Assembly: GCF_001194135.2 (NCBI RefSeq)
Contig: NC_068981.1
Coordinates: 94,359,343 to 94,423,342, forward strand
Reading direction: 5' to 3'
Origin: Octopus bimaculoides
Taxonomy: Eukaryota
DNA: 64,000 nucleotides
Part shown: piece by piece, positions 26,694 to 41,800 of the stretch
Numbering within the stretch: the first letter of the stretch is position 1
How the letters are laid out: each line of letters opens with the position of its first letter
The notes under the pieces: generated by a model
What the model saw: only the letters and a program-made list of their open reading frames with translations
The model's database searches: none
Told to the model about the DNA's origin: nothing
Program-made: the position numbers and the translations under genes

Positions 26694-29600
26694 CATAATA
26701 ATAATAATAATAATAATAATTGAGGAAAAGAAGAGAAATCAAATTAATATTATGTAGGTTTTGGTGAATGACTGCCATTTATTTCAAATTACATACAAAA
26801 GTTATGCAATTCTATGTAATAAATTAGTGTTCATTCACTTTGTCAAACATTACAATTTGATTCACAATCAGCATATGTTGAAAGAGTGTATTAGAGAATC
26901 TATTCAAACCCTTAGTTTTATTGTTGCTATCCTCTTTAAAAATATTTTAGGCTCCTAAATTCATAATATTTGGTATTAATAAACCATAATGAAATTAAAG
27001 CATTATTTATTGAGAATAATATTTATGTTGTACTTTCTACTCTCTAGTATTTAATAAGATTAATACTATCAGTATGTATGAATCAATATACTCACAGAAA
27101 GGTAGAATTCTTTAAACCCTTCTAAAGAAAGTAGGTCTTTTTGTAGAGTATCCATATCAACTTGCAAAATAACTTCCTGACAAAATTTCTTCTGCTGTTC
27201 AGAGATGCTTTGGCTCCAATCAACGGCAAACATTTTCCTAAATGCATCTGTATTTGTGAAGTTGCATATATTTGTCCAGCTGTCTTCTTCAATCAAATGG
27301 AAAATCTGTAAAGGAAAATAAAATATTAATAAACTTTTGACCAATTTGTTTTTAAAAAAACTCATTCTAATCTGGTGACATATGATTTTATTTCACATTT
27401 GTTTAAAAACATGTTTTGCAATTATAATTTTTGATTTAATCAACTTGTCTGTATATAACTGTAGTGGAGTTACATTTTCTGGGGTTATTTCTTACAAATT
27501 GTCTGATTCTGTCTGGAAAAATACTCTCAGTTTCTATTTCCCCAATTTTTTTTTGTATTCTTTTCTCATATGATAAGAACCAACCATTCTGTGTACACTA
27601 TTATCATTGCAGTCAAAATCTCATTATCATAAGTATCCATTTTTTATGCATGCATATAATTGATGTATCCACAATGCAGTACTCTGTTCATCCAAGTCCC
27701 AATAAACTTCTTTGTAAGACCAAATAGACTCAGCTCTAACCCAGATACTTCTTTCTATGTTAACCTCAGATACTCCTTTCCTTTAACTTAGGAGATATTT
27801 TCCCCCAGTGTGCATGCCCACATTACATGTTTCAGCTGAATACATAAGTCAATGTAGTCACTCTTACAATTCAGTTACAGCTGCATTTAAGAGAACTTTT
27901 CCTTGGTTTCCTCACTAACATGTTGCAAGACATTTATTTACTCATCAAATGATCTGGAATTGATTACTAATAATTATTGCTTATCTGAGGGTAAATTAAT
28001 TCCTTTATAGATTATGATAAGCAGATGCTTCAAACCATTAGGAGCTACCTCTAGGAATTTTACACATGGATAGAAAGACACGCAATGAGCAATAAAGAAG
28101 AGAGAGAGATTGCACATTGCCCAAGCAAATTAGATTGGATTTCAACAGTTTCCATAAATTCTTCTACAGCAACAAAATGCTATTCTATAACAAAAGTAAA
28201 ATTTTTCAGCATCAACAAGTAAGAATTGCATGAAAATTATTATGATTTCCCAATATAAACTACAAAAAATAAACACTGAGAAAAAGATTATTTCAAAGAG
28301 AATTTACTTCCATCCTCTATTATTATAAGCATCTAAAGCAAGGGTGAAGAACACTTTTAATAGACAGAAGTGAGATGCAAATACCTGTGGGAGTGCTTCT
28401 CTCCCAAAAGAAAATAACGAATCATTCATTTTACAAATACAAAGGTATACAACTTACATTAAATTACTAGTTTTGTCTTAACGCTTAAGCCATCAGTGGA
28501 TAGTTTTAAAACTGAATTCAGAGAAAATTTTTCTCTATGTGTGATGGGTTCCCCACCTCTGCTTAAATGATGATGTTCAACATAGTCTTAAAATATCAGA
28601 TTTGCAGAAGAAATGAGATTGTGTGGTATACATGTTTTTCTGAGGAAAGGGAAAGTTTAAGGGAAGCACAAATTTTCTAACTGGAAAACGAAACCAGTCT
28701 TCAGACTCGGTTCACAAAAATATTACCTCTATACAGGATATAAAAACGATACATCGATTTCTAGCTTCCTAGCCTTAAATATGTAAAAAGTTGCAGTAAC
28801 ATAATAAAAATTATACACACATACCCTCACTGGATCTTTGAATATTTGCAAAGTTGTGTTAAGAATGATTGCAAAAGAATCTGGAGACATTCCTGATTGA
28901 CCAATCAACTTTAGTACTTGATGAGATTGAGCTAAGCTTGTTTCATTAAAATTCCTGCTTTCTGGAAACACGATAAAATATAATCCTTTTAGTACAAGAA
29001 TGTTTTATTATTCTTATTTTTGTAATTTTGAAAAATTTTAAATTTTCATCAAAATTATGATTGTTATAAATGAAGATTTAAAATTTAAAAATAGAAATAT
29101 AGGTGCATATATATGGCTGTGTGGTAAGACGTTTGCTTCCTAACCACATGGTTCAGGGTTCAATCCCACTGCAGGGTACCTTGGGAAAGTCTTCTACCAT
29201 AGCCCTGGGCCAACCAAAGCTTCATGAGTGGATTTGGTAGACAGAAACTGAAAAGAAGCTGATTGTATATATATATATATATATATATGTACACACATAT
29301 ATATTTATATATGTGCGTGTGTGTGTATGTATTCGTGTTTGTCTTCCGTCACAATTTGATAGCTGGTACTCATTTGTTTACATCACTGTAACTCGGCAAT
29401 ATGAGATAAAAGATCAATAGAGCAAGTACCAGGCTTAAAAGAAAAAAAGAAGAGATATTGGGGTCGATTTGTTTGACTAAACCCTTCATGGCGATACTCC
29501 TGCATGGTTGCAGTCATATGACTAAAACAAATAAAAAATAGCAATACATAATTTTACAAATTTTAAAACCTACTTAATTTAGCAAAGCAAACAAGATGAT

Positions 29601-29713
29601 TGATATTGTTGCAATATTTTAGACTTATTGGCACAAAAGGAAATAAATATCTGCTGTTATGCTTTTCTCAAGAGAATTTCTGAGAGAAATGAGATGGTTG
29701 CAACTTGAAATAA

Positions 29714-29775
<62 letters not shown>

Positions 29776-32709
29776 ACACGCGTATGCCTGTGTGTGTGTG
29801 TACATACGTGTTGTGCGTGTGTGAATGAGTGAGTGAGTGAGTGACTGTGGGTGTGTGTGTAAATGAGTGAGTGAGTGAGAGTGTGTGTGTGTGTGTGTGT
29901 GTATTTATTAAAACTGAAGCAGAGAGTTTATTTTGTGACTTGAGTTTCGCACCATGGTGATCTTCAGACAAAACATGAGTTTTTCCTGAAGATTGCAGTG
30001 ATATGGAACTTGCATTACATGCCAAACTGTCTGCTTCAATTTCTAATAAAAAACAAACATATCCTCCACACCATGTACTGAGTACTCTCTCCTCAAGTGT
30101 TTGACATTAGGTAATATATGCATATATATGTGTGTGTGTGTACGTATATCATGATCGTCATCATTTAGCATCTACTTTCCACGCTGGCATAGGTTAGATG
30201 GTATGACTGGAACTGATAAATCAGAGAACTGTACCAAGTTCCAGTTGGATACTCTTCCTAACGCTAACCACTCCAAGAGTGTAATGGGTGCTTTTAATGT
30301 GTCACTGGCATGGGTGTTTATATGTGCCACTGGCACAGGTACTTTTTACATACCTCTGGCATGGGTGCCAATTATGTTACATCAGCATTGGCCACGATTA
30401 CAATTTCACTTGGCTTGACAAGTATTCTCAGGCACAGCATATTGCCAAAGGTCCTGGCCATAAATATATATATATATATATATATTTATGTATGTTTGTA
30501 TATGTATGTGTGTGTATATAAATATATGTAAATATTGATATACATATATGAATATAAATACTACACACACATGCATATAAAACAGGCATTTACTAACATT
30601 AATTCAAAAGTTGCTGACCCTCTTGAAAGCTATGATATTAGGCACTTAGATATGGTGTCCTACAGTGGAACTGAACCCAGTACCATATGACTGAGAAGCA
30701 AATTTCTTAACCACATAGTCATACCTACTATTTCAAATTTTAGTAAAGACAAATAATGTTGAAATAATAGAGAATGTTCCAGCATGGCCACAACTTTTAG
30801 GCTGAAACATAAAAACATAAAAGATTAATAGAATAATTCAATTAATTATCTTTACCTGATATATTTTTAAGATGTATGTTCATAAACCGAAGTAGGTACT
30901 GTACACTAACCAAATTTCTGCTTATCATGCGTAATTGCTTTCCTTGTGTGGTGTTTGGGGTTAATACAACATAGCTGTTTAATAATTTCATCAGTTGAAA
31001 TATAGATGATAAACTGAAAGAGAAGTTAGACAATATACATGAGATTCAAAAAACCATCAAAGAATGCTCTGTCTACATCAAAACAACTCATTCAGTCCAG
31101 GTCTGCATGATGAGAGCTGACCTGGAGTTAGACAACAATAATAAAATGCATTTGGATAAACGTAAGCTTCAGAAACTTCCTTTAAATCAAAATCACATTT
31201 TTACCTTCTCTAGTTTTGTACACTAGCTAGTTCTTGAAATAGGAATTATGTTGATGGTAATTGTGCTATTGTTTTGTTGTTGTTATTGTTGGTGTTTAAT
31301 TAATGTCAACTACATTTGAGTACAGAAGTGATCTTCATTCATAGTTTTATATTTCTATTTTTACTGGATAGGCTGTCATAAGATTTCTGAATTTAAACAT
31401 CCCTGTTTTAAGGACAATAATGAGATAAGGTTGCTGCATTGTATGGGTTAAAAGGCCTACAAGTTAAATGTAGCTGGGTTTTCAGCATTTGTTGATACTG
31501 CCTATGTCTCTTTAAAGAACTCACCAATAAAAATAAATATCAAATTTGATTAAAATGTCTGACCTTTCCGATGTTATAGTTTTGCTTATAATTGAAATAT
31601 TTATAAATTATATATAAAACAGAGAATTTTTGTTACCTAATCTTATCAGCATCTTCTTCAAGTTCCTTCCATTCTTTAGCAATGCGTTCAAATATTGATG
31701 GCAAGGTTGATAAACCAGACTCATTAAAACCTGTCTTGAATTTCTTAAAAACATCTTCAATGTTTGAAGTCCATTCTATGTAAAAAAGTATGGTCTTCTG
31801 GGCTGAACCCACATCCACTTTCAAATTAGGATCATCAAATTGTATACTCATCTGAAAGAAGAAGGGAGAAAGGATAGAGGGAGAAAAAAAACTTAAATTC
31901 AGGGGCTGCAGTCAGTAAAGAAATGGAAGAATGTACAAGAGAGAAACGAAATCCATGGGGGAAAAGATGGATTGAAGGTGACACAGATACTTAGAAGAGA
32001 TCTTGGCAAACAAGATAAAAAGCTGGAATGTAGATAACTTATGAAACAACATAACAAATTTTATCTTAAGTAAGCAGCAAGCAGAGTCCAAGAAAAAAAA
32101 TCAAAGTAAATAAAGCATTACAATGAGAGAGCAACTCAATTTAAGCATGAAATTTTAATCAAATCAGACACAGTTTTACTGTTACAGTCAAAGTGATACA
32201 ATGGAAACTTTAATGATGAAATTCCAGGCATTAATTAATACACATAATAGAAATGTAGAACGTACATGTATGCGTGCATGTGTTCATGCAAGTATGTTTG
32301 TGTGTGTAAGTACATACATACATACATGCATACAAACATTCACATATACATACATACATACATACATAAGTACGTACATACATATGAAAGTGTCCAGTTA
32401 GCTGCTTCTGTGCCAAAGTTCTAATCTGGGCTAAACAACAATAATAATGACAGAATGAACCAAATCCTACCTTTGCTACTAAATTGGACCATCCAGGAAT
32501 GGTTTTATTGAGTTCAGCCATCAAGGTTTTCATACTGACATTTTGGAAAATTTCAGAACAAGCAGCAGTTTGAAGGCTGGACAAATCTGCATCTGACATT
32601 TTGTGGGAGATATCAAACATGACCCTGAAAACAGTTTTATTTATGCAAATCTTTTCCCAGTTGTCTTCATCTAGTAAAGGTAACACCTGCAGAAGTAATA
32701 ATAATAATG

Positions 32710-32774
<65 letters not shown>

Positions 32775-33012
32775 GATGATGATGATGAAAATAATTATAA
32801 TGGTTTCAAGTTTTGGCACAAGACCAGCAATTTCAGGGAGGGGATAAGTCAATTACATTGACCCCAGGGCAGAACTGGTACTTATTTTATCGACCCTGAA
32901 AAGATGAAAGGCAAAGTCGACCTTGGTGGCATTTGAACTCAGAATGTAAAGGTAGACGAAATACTGCTAAGCATTTTGCCTGGTGTGCTCATAATAATGC
33001 CAGCTTGGCACC

Positions 33013-33075
<63 letters not shown>

Positions 33076-35840
33076 TCGATGAGGCAGCAATATTCCCTTT
33101 GTGTAGATTATGTGAAAAGTTATTTGGGTCTGTTGGACATATAATTAGTGGGTACTCAAAACTGGCCCCAAAAAATGCCATGTCAAAGTGGCAGTGTGAA
33201 TACACTGGGAGTTGTGCAGGAGTATGGGCTAGGTTGTTCTAACAAGTAGTTTGAGCACCAACCTTTGCCAGTAGCAGAAAATGATCAGGTGGAACTTACA
33301 TGGGATAAATAAGCCAGTCTACACAGATAAGAAACTGCAATTTAACTGACCAAATATCACTCTCCTACAGAAGTTCAAAAGAATGGGCCTTCATTGGTTG
33401 GTGTTGCTATACCAGCAGATAAGAATACTGTGAATCCAGTGAATGAGGAAGTTGAGAAGTACCAAGACCTAACATTGGATGTGAAATGCATCCAGAAAGC
33501 CTAAAAGTGAGTGTGTTACCAATTGCGATCATTGCACTTGGAATCATCTCAAAGAAAGCAATATTCTGGCATGAAAAGCTGCAAATACCAAACTTTATAG
33601 GAAAACTATAGAAAATAGCAATACTTGGGACAAGATTGTCGAGAAAAATCTTGCATCTCTAAGCTGTTATGCATTTTGTTCTATGCACTAATGATTTTGT
33701 CAGTTTGCTAATAACAACTTTTATTTGTTTGCCACAAGAACCCATTCATTCTTGTCTTCTAGAAGGCTCAAGTGGGATCCACCTACAGATGCTTACATAT
33801 CTGATACAGATTGAAATCTAAACAATGCCACTCAGGTGATTGACAAAGACTCACTCATTATTGCTGTATTTTATACTTATTAATAACATCGCTCTGTTTT
33901 CTCTCTCATTTAACACTACTATAACAGATTTTGTTCTCCTGAACTAAAAAGCCTCATACTCCACCCAAATCCTCCCAAAGCATCTGCTTATGTTTCACCA
34001 CCACACGACCTGAACTTAACATTCAACCAATCTTACCTCTGCAGTTAGGCTCTCTGAAATACCACTTGCCCATATTTTTTTCTTCAGGCATTAAACTGAA
34101 TATTAACCTAAATGGTCTCACAAATCTGAGAGCATTACAAAGATAAGTGCGTCTCTCCTTCAAACAAATTAATATAACAATCACAACATAATTCATTCAT
34201 GATTTCCATTTCTACTTATTCCAATTTCACATTTTTATACCCTATTTTCTCTTAATGAAAGTCATAATGTAATAACTTCCATTTCCTTTTTCCTAACTTT
34301 CTGCCTGTTTTGAAAATGAAAGCATTCCCATGTAACATCCTTGATAGAATAGCAGTGTCATAGCAATCTATGACAAGAAGTGGTTACACTTTATTCCAAC
34401 CTACAAAAAAAGAAAAAATCATCTTACCTTGAGTGGATTGGTTATTATGGATTTGAGAGTTGATGAAATTAACTCAATTACTGTATCAGAGTTATCAACC
34501 AGAGTCAAGAATACTGATAATTCTGGTGATGAGTTGAGATATTTCTTTAAATTGTATTGATCTGCCTCTGAAAGAAGAAATGAAATTGAGATTGAGGAGT
34601 TCTGTCTAGTTACACTTCAGTAAAGTCAAGCTTAAATGAAATTTATGAGTTAAATTTTAAAATCTTTTTAATTGTCAAATCTATCAGTGAAATTAAGTTT
34701 ATAAGTCATGCCTGTAAGTTAACCGTGTGTGTCCAATTTATGAATCCTTTTAGTGTTTATAAATTGTAAAAGATAATTCAGAAACACAAATTTCTTTTCT
34801 AATTGTGACTTTTAATATAATTTGAAACAACAGTAACAACTGTTTTTAGGGTTTGTATCAAGAGTTTACTTGTCATAGAGCATCTAAACTCCTTGTTTAC
34901 TACTGTCAACTTGACATTAACTCATATCACTCATGTTATTAACGTTCTTGATGCAACCATGTATGTCACATAGTCTTATTCCATTCCTCTGTAAATTTGT
35001 GGCCTGTGCATTAATGAAACATCAACAATATATTGAAGAGAAAATGAAGGTACTAGACTAAATATTTAGCATATTTTAGCTTGTTTATCTCAGTAAGAAA
35101 ACAATTGAGGTGGGCTGAATTGGCAAAATGGTAAAAGCCTTTGAAGTGGGCTGAATTGGCAAAATGGTAAAATTGCCAGATGACTGACAGCATTTATTTT
35201 TATCTCTTCTTAATTCTAAGTTAATTATGTCAATTTTAACATTTTGCTTTCTTTTGTCATGTTATATTTAAGCACAAATATTCTATCAAATGTTCTTTAA
35301 ATGTACCACAATACAGAGTTCTTTAATGTTCTTTAAATGTACCACCTTAAAATGTATCAAACAGCTATTCATACAAGAAGTCCATCATAAAGTAAAATAT
35401 CAGTGTTTTGTCTAGTCAAAAGAAATTATATTATTGTATACAAAGTTTGACATGAAAAAGTAGGTAGCTGTGAAGTCTTACCTAATGCCCGTATATTCTG
35501 GGTGATGAAGTCAAGGAGATTGAACATAATATAATCCTTTACTCTCTCTCTTTGAACCATGTTTCTTAAATGTGATGGCAGTTTGGAAATATCGATTTGT
35601 TGGGAAAGGTTCAGGTACTTTATTCCAGCTCTAAAAGGAAGCAAATTCACATGTTTTTAGCACATTATGTGTGTATGTGTTTGTGTTTGTGTATTTATAT
35701 TTGAGTATGCATGAGCATATATCTGTCTGTCTGTCTACCCATTTGGCTGTTTGTCTGTCTCTTTCTCTCTCTGACAGAAGTTTAGTGTAATTATTTATTA
35801 GTGTTGAAATTATTCTTTCTTGTCACCCAATGCTCTTATG

Positions 35841-35899
<59 letters not shown>

Positions 35900-38800
35900 C
35901 CTTTCTACTAAAGGCACAAAGCCTGAAATTTTGGGGTGAGGGCTAGTCAATTATATTGATCCCAGTGCATAACTGGTACTTATTTCATCAACTCCAAAAA
36001 AGTAAAAGCAAAGTCAACCTCAGTGGAATAATAATAATAATCATGATGCAATTTTTCATCATTAAAAATAAGAGTTTCAGGCTCACTTGGTGCCATATTT
36101 AAGGGATAATGAAATTAAGCTCAAGTTGTTAGATGTTTCAACCAGAGAACTATAGGAAAAGTAAATTACAAACAATGCCTCACTTGAGAATCTAAAGCTT
36201 ATGGAAAACATGGCCTTCAATAACCTTAACTTTATTCTGCAAGGTATTTAAAAATTAAAACTAGAGTGCTTAAAAGTTTACCATGAGGATTTTATAGCAA
36301 GAATAATTTTTAAAATTGTAAGATACAGAAATAAATTTATTTCTCAAACGCGTGATAATGTTATAAGTAGCGTGATCAGGATAAATTATCCATACATTGC
36401 AGAAAAATACATTACTGGCCAGCCATGAGACATCTCTGTGATTACATGTCAAGTGTTTTACCATTAAACTAAATTGCCCAGCAACGAATTCTTCTGCAAT
36501 TTTAGAACTTATAAATTTAGCTTCATAAGACGCTAATGTTAAATTCAACTTTATGGTGAAAGTAAACAAACAAAGTTTGTTTTTAGAAGCATTGAGATGT
36601 ATGGCCAGTAACGTATTTTTCTGTAATGTATGGATTATTTATCCTGATCACGCTATTTATAGCATTATCACGCGTTTGAGAAATAAATTTATTTCTGTAT
36701 CTTACAATACATCTCAACACTTCTAAAAACAAACTTTGTTTACTTTCATCGTAAAGTTGAATTTTTTAAAAATTGTATTACAAAGTTTCCAATGTTATGT
36801 CCTGAGTGCATCTAATTACAGTAATCCCTTGCCATATTGCAGTTCACCTATCATGGTTCACCTATCATGGTTCACCTATCATGGTTCACCTATCATGGTT
36901 TATTATTTAAGCTTACTTCAATTCCTCCGTGGTGTTGTTTAGCGCTTATAAGAAAATAAATATATACAAATTACAGAAATAATAAAAAAATATACAGTAT
37001 AGTACTGTTTCTACTTCGTGGATGTTCACCTATTGTGGGGATTGGGGGTTGGAATGTAACATCTGCAATAGTTGAGGGGTTACTGTAGTTGAAATGTGGT
37101 CCTTCAAATAATGAAAACCTTGGATTATTTTCTGTCTAAATCAAGATTATGTTTATTTATTGATGTTTATTTCTTTTTCAACATCATTTTCTTTATTTAG
37201 TCTTCGTCTCTCTTTCTCTCCCCTCTCTCTCCCTTGTTTCTGCTACCATTTAATTGTTCTCATTAAAAATAAGAAGTGATTATAAAAAGTTTTTCTTTGA
37301 GATACTTTGAACTATTTGTGAAACTTTTTACTATAGATCAAATTACTTGTATAAATATTGCTTTTCAGATATTGTTTGACATCTAAACAAAACGATGCTA
37401 TATTTACGTACGTATGTATGCATGTATGTATGTATGTATGTATGTATGTGTGTATGTATGTATGTATATGTGTATGCATGTATGTATGCATGTATGCATG
37501 TATGTATGTATGTATGTATGTATGCCTGTATGTATGTATGTATGTATGTACGTATGTATGACTGGGAGAACAATGCCTGTCATCGCCACAGGTGGAGGAA
37601 GCAAGTTAAGGAGGGGATCAACACTTTTGAGAGAGCACGTATCCAGCATGAAGAACTTGAGCGAGCTGCGCAAAAGCGCACGGCTCATATAGTGAATGGG
37701 GAAAGCTTGGTCTGCAATGTTTGCAGTCGTGTATGCTTGTCAAGAGCAGGGCTCATTAGCCACCAATGGAGCTGCAAATGCAAAATATAAATTAGTCCTA
37801 GAGCGCACAATGTTCCTGAAGGTCGGCAATGGTCTTCCTCGGTCACGAGTGGACGGCCATCATCATGTATGTATGTATGTATGTATGTATGTATGTATGT
37901 ATGTATGTATGTATGTACGTACGTATGTATATGTGTGTGTTTAAAAGTACAGACATGCAGACACACACACACACACACACATATGCATTTTATCAATAGA
38001 AATGCACATCACAGATGTTTCCTGCAAGCAACTGTGACATATTCTAGCAGAGATCTGTCTAAAAGATGGTATTTCTGCAAGAAAATATAACTAAGATTGT
38101 TATTTTTAAAAAATCCACTTATCCAGCTTGTTTCAGAGATGTCATACAGAGCAATAGATAAGACTTTCATACACAAATATTAGTATAGATTACATACTTG
38201 GTAAAATATTCGATTATGGACTTTTCATCAAATCTTTTAAATGCATCCTCAAAAACATCTTCACTGACACCCCATGTAAATTTCGGAGGATACTCAATCA
38301 GTTGTGCAAGTAATTTCTGAAACTGAATTTCAGATGCTGCACGTCCCAGGTAGTCTACTGGAATTGTAGAATTCTTTTCATAATTTTTCAAAAAGTTCAT
38401 CTGAAAATTATTGAAACATAGTTTTAAAAAAGAGTATTTTACGAAAGCATATATCTGTCTGTCTGTCTACCTGTCTGTCTGTCTGTCTGCCTGTCTACCT
38501 GTCTGTCTGTCTACCTGTCTGTCTGTCTGTCTGTCTGTCTGCCTGCCTGCCTGTCTGCCTGTCTGCCTGCCTGTCTGTCTGTCTACCTGTCTGTCTGTCT
38601 GTCTGTCTGTCTATCTGCCTATCTATGTGTGTGTATTATATATATATATATATANNNNNNNNNNNNNNNNNNNNNNNNNNNNNNNNNNNNNNNNNNNNNN
38701 NNNNNNNNNNNNNNNNNNNNNNNNNNNNNNNNNNNNNNNNNNNNNNNNNNNNNNNNNNNNNNNNNNNNNNNNNNNNNNNNNNNNNNNNNNNNNNNNNNNN

Positions 38801-41800
38801 NNNNNNNNNNNNNNNNNNNNNNNNNNNNNNNNNNNNNNNNNNNNNNNNATAAAAGAGATATTGGTATCCAGAAGACCCAAGGTGGCAGGTAAGGCTATGT
38901 AAGTGCTATGGAAGGACCGTAGTTAAACTCTTGGTTCAATAATAATACAAGTGTGGAATTTTCAGGACATTTAGGAAGTGGAAGTTAGTCTTACAGTTGT
39001 TTCTGTGATATTAGGGATATCCCGTCATCAGAGACGATGTGAGATGGTTAAATAGAGGGAAATAGTAGAGTTCAATGTAATGAGCTATTTTGGAAAAGGA
39101 TGGAAATAAGAAGTATAAAGGGAAATAAGAGAATAAAAGTAAAAGTAAAAATATATGTAGGATGTTATAGTTGCAAGGAACTATGACATCTTACATATCC
39201 AAGGAAAGTGGTGTGTAGAAGTGGTAGAAATGTTTTTTGTCCATGGTCTGTCAATTCCGATAGGAGTTCATATTTTGTCACTACAAATGGAAAGTGTGGA
39301 GATGTAGATTCCAAGTGCTGTTCATTCAAATGAGTGGAGTCTTGTGGATTGAGTGAAATTTCGAGAATGTAGTGGTAGTATTACATAGAGAGGAGAGAAA
39401 AGATGTGTATGTTAACATGAGGAGAATGGTGAAAAGGCCAAGGTGAGGAAAGAAGAAAGAAAGAGGAATAGAAAATGAAAAAAAGGAGAGTTAGTTGGTG
39501 GTCAAGATATTATGAGGGGGGATGGGAGAGGAATAGGGGAATGGTAGAGGAATACATATAAATATATGGGATGGGAGAGGAGTAGGAGGGATGAGAGAGG
39601 AATAGGGGATGGGAGAGGAGGATGGAGTACAGATAAATATATATATTATTGAATATGGAGACTGGTACATCTTCAAATTTTTCTTTTAATCTAGCAGTTA
39701 ATATATATGTACCAGTTGCCAAGAATGTGTTAAATATGCAAATTGGAATGTATATACAATTATGTTACACTGCAAAACCTAGAGGGTATTTAAACATGGA
39801 TAGTTGATGGGTTAGATGAGGTGCTTGAAATATGTATTTACATGAATTACATATTTTTTTCCTATTTTTGATTTCCCTATTTTTAAAATGCTGTAACTTG
39901 CAGTGCTGGTTCTGAATTTTATAGAAAATCTATAGAGATAAACTTAAAAGTAAATATAGGTCCAGTATAAGAGTAGAAGCATACTGAAAAAAAAAAAAAA
40001 ATATTGTTCTGAAGGGAAAGCATTGGAATAAAAATAAAGGATATTTATAACATACCAATTCCATAATATTGCTGAAACCAGGTAGTGTTTGATTTATTTG
40101 TAGTAAGAGCTTTTCTAAATCAACACTTGTTATCAGAGAACATAAATGTTTTATAGAAACTTTATCTTTAAATGATGGGAAGATATTTTGGAATATAGTT
40201 GTATTATAGCACATCTTCTTCCATAGTGTTTCATCTTGCATAAGTGGTAAGAGCTGATGAAAGATAAAGAAAAGTGATATGAAAAACATTTGTAATATAT
40301 TGTGAAGTTAAGTTTTTTTTTATTAACTTGAGCATTAATCAATCATAATGCCCAAACTCTTTCTGATTCAAACTAAAATGTTTATATCATTTTATTAAAT
40401 CATAAATCTTCAGTGTGTAGTCTATAGCTATTAGATTATCTAATGTTTACAGAAGATACATTGCATGTGTTCATGGTCTTTTTCTTGATTTGTACAATAG
40501 CAAGATTTCCTTAGATTAAAACAATCAACTAAATAGTTAAATAAAAAATGGGATAATGAAAATAAATGAAACTACTTTCAAAATTGCTCACAAATTTACA
40601 TCAACATAAGACTTATACTAGTTGCAAATGACCTTTAATAGGACATGAATGGACATAACTATATCAACTATTCTAACAATTTGAAGTCAGAAATCTTAAA
40701 AAATGCTATTGCAGTACATTACTGAATAAAAAAAAGCACTGTAAAAAAAAAGAACGGAAAACAGTGTTTAATTCCTTATGTCTTGTCTCTAAAATATCTA
40801 CTTACTCTTTCTGGACTGGCAAACAGCTCTAAAGTAGCAGTAATTAACTGTGGAGCCATATCTGGTTTAATTTCAAAAAAATTCTGTAATCCTGAAGACT
40901 TAATATATTCAAACATGTTGAAAGTATCTGATGCTAAAAGAAAAGAAAACAAATCATATAATGGTTCTGAAAGGACAGACATAATCTTTTAAGAACATTT
41001 TAGAACTTTGACAAGGATAAACAGTGAAGCACTTGTCAATTAATTAAAACATCTGGATAGTTTCAATGAAGTAGATTTATAAAACATGATGGAAAATAAC
41101 GCTAATTAAATAAAAACTTTCAATCTAAATATCATAAATATGAGGAAAGTAACTGTATAGGAGTTCCATTGCTGGTTTCACTTTGTATGGTTTATGTATT
41201 AAGATATAATTAGTTCTTCTCCTTCAAGCTATTCAAGATGCAGCATCAACAATCTATGATACTGCAAAGCTTCATATTGTATTGTATATACATATGATGC
41301 TAATAATATGGCACAATGCTACTCTTGTTGAAGTCTAATTATCTGTATATTTTTAAATGGGTATTAGCATTATACAAATATATAATGCAATATAAAACTT
41401 CAAAGCAATACAAATGCCTTATCAAACCTTTGATGACTTTGATTACAATTTTAACTGAAGTCATAAAAATCATGCTCTGCCTGGATTTGAAATTCATCAG
41501 ATCATTATTGAAAGTTTTAATGGAATGCCAATTACATCTAAAAACGTGGAATCAGCCATGAAGTTTGATAGTGCTCTAGAATTAAACAATTTGTCAATAA
41601 GAGTTTATGGTACTTATTTCCCCATGAATTCTTGTCATGTGTGACATGTGTATCTGTCTATACATATGTGAAACACAGCCTTATAAAACACTCTCAAATG
41701 ATTAAAATGGAAATCGATTCAAAAGTATGCTACATTCTTAGACCTTGCTGTCTGTGTGGAGCAAAAGAACTACAGGTTCAAAAATAAAAATCATTAACAC

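Noticed and set aside
35110-35350. Short direct duplications (gtgggctgaattggcaaaatggtaaaa x2; ttctttaaatgtaccac x2)
   Set aside because: Ordinary slippage duplications.
36841-36900. CRISPR-like short repeats (also 7021-7107)
   Set aside because: No unique spacers, eukaryotic context and no cas genes.
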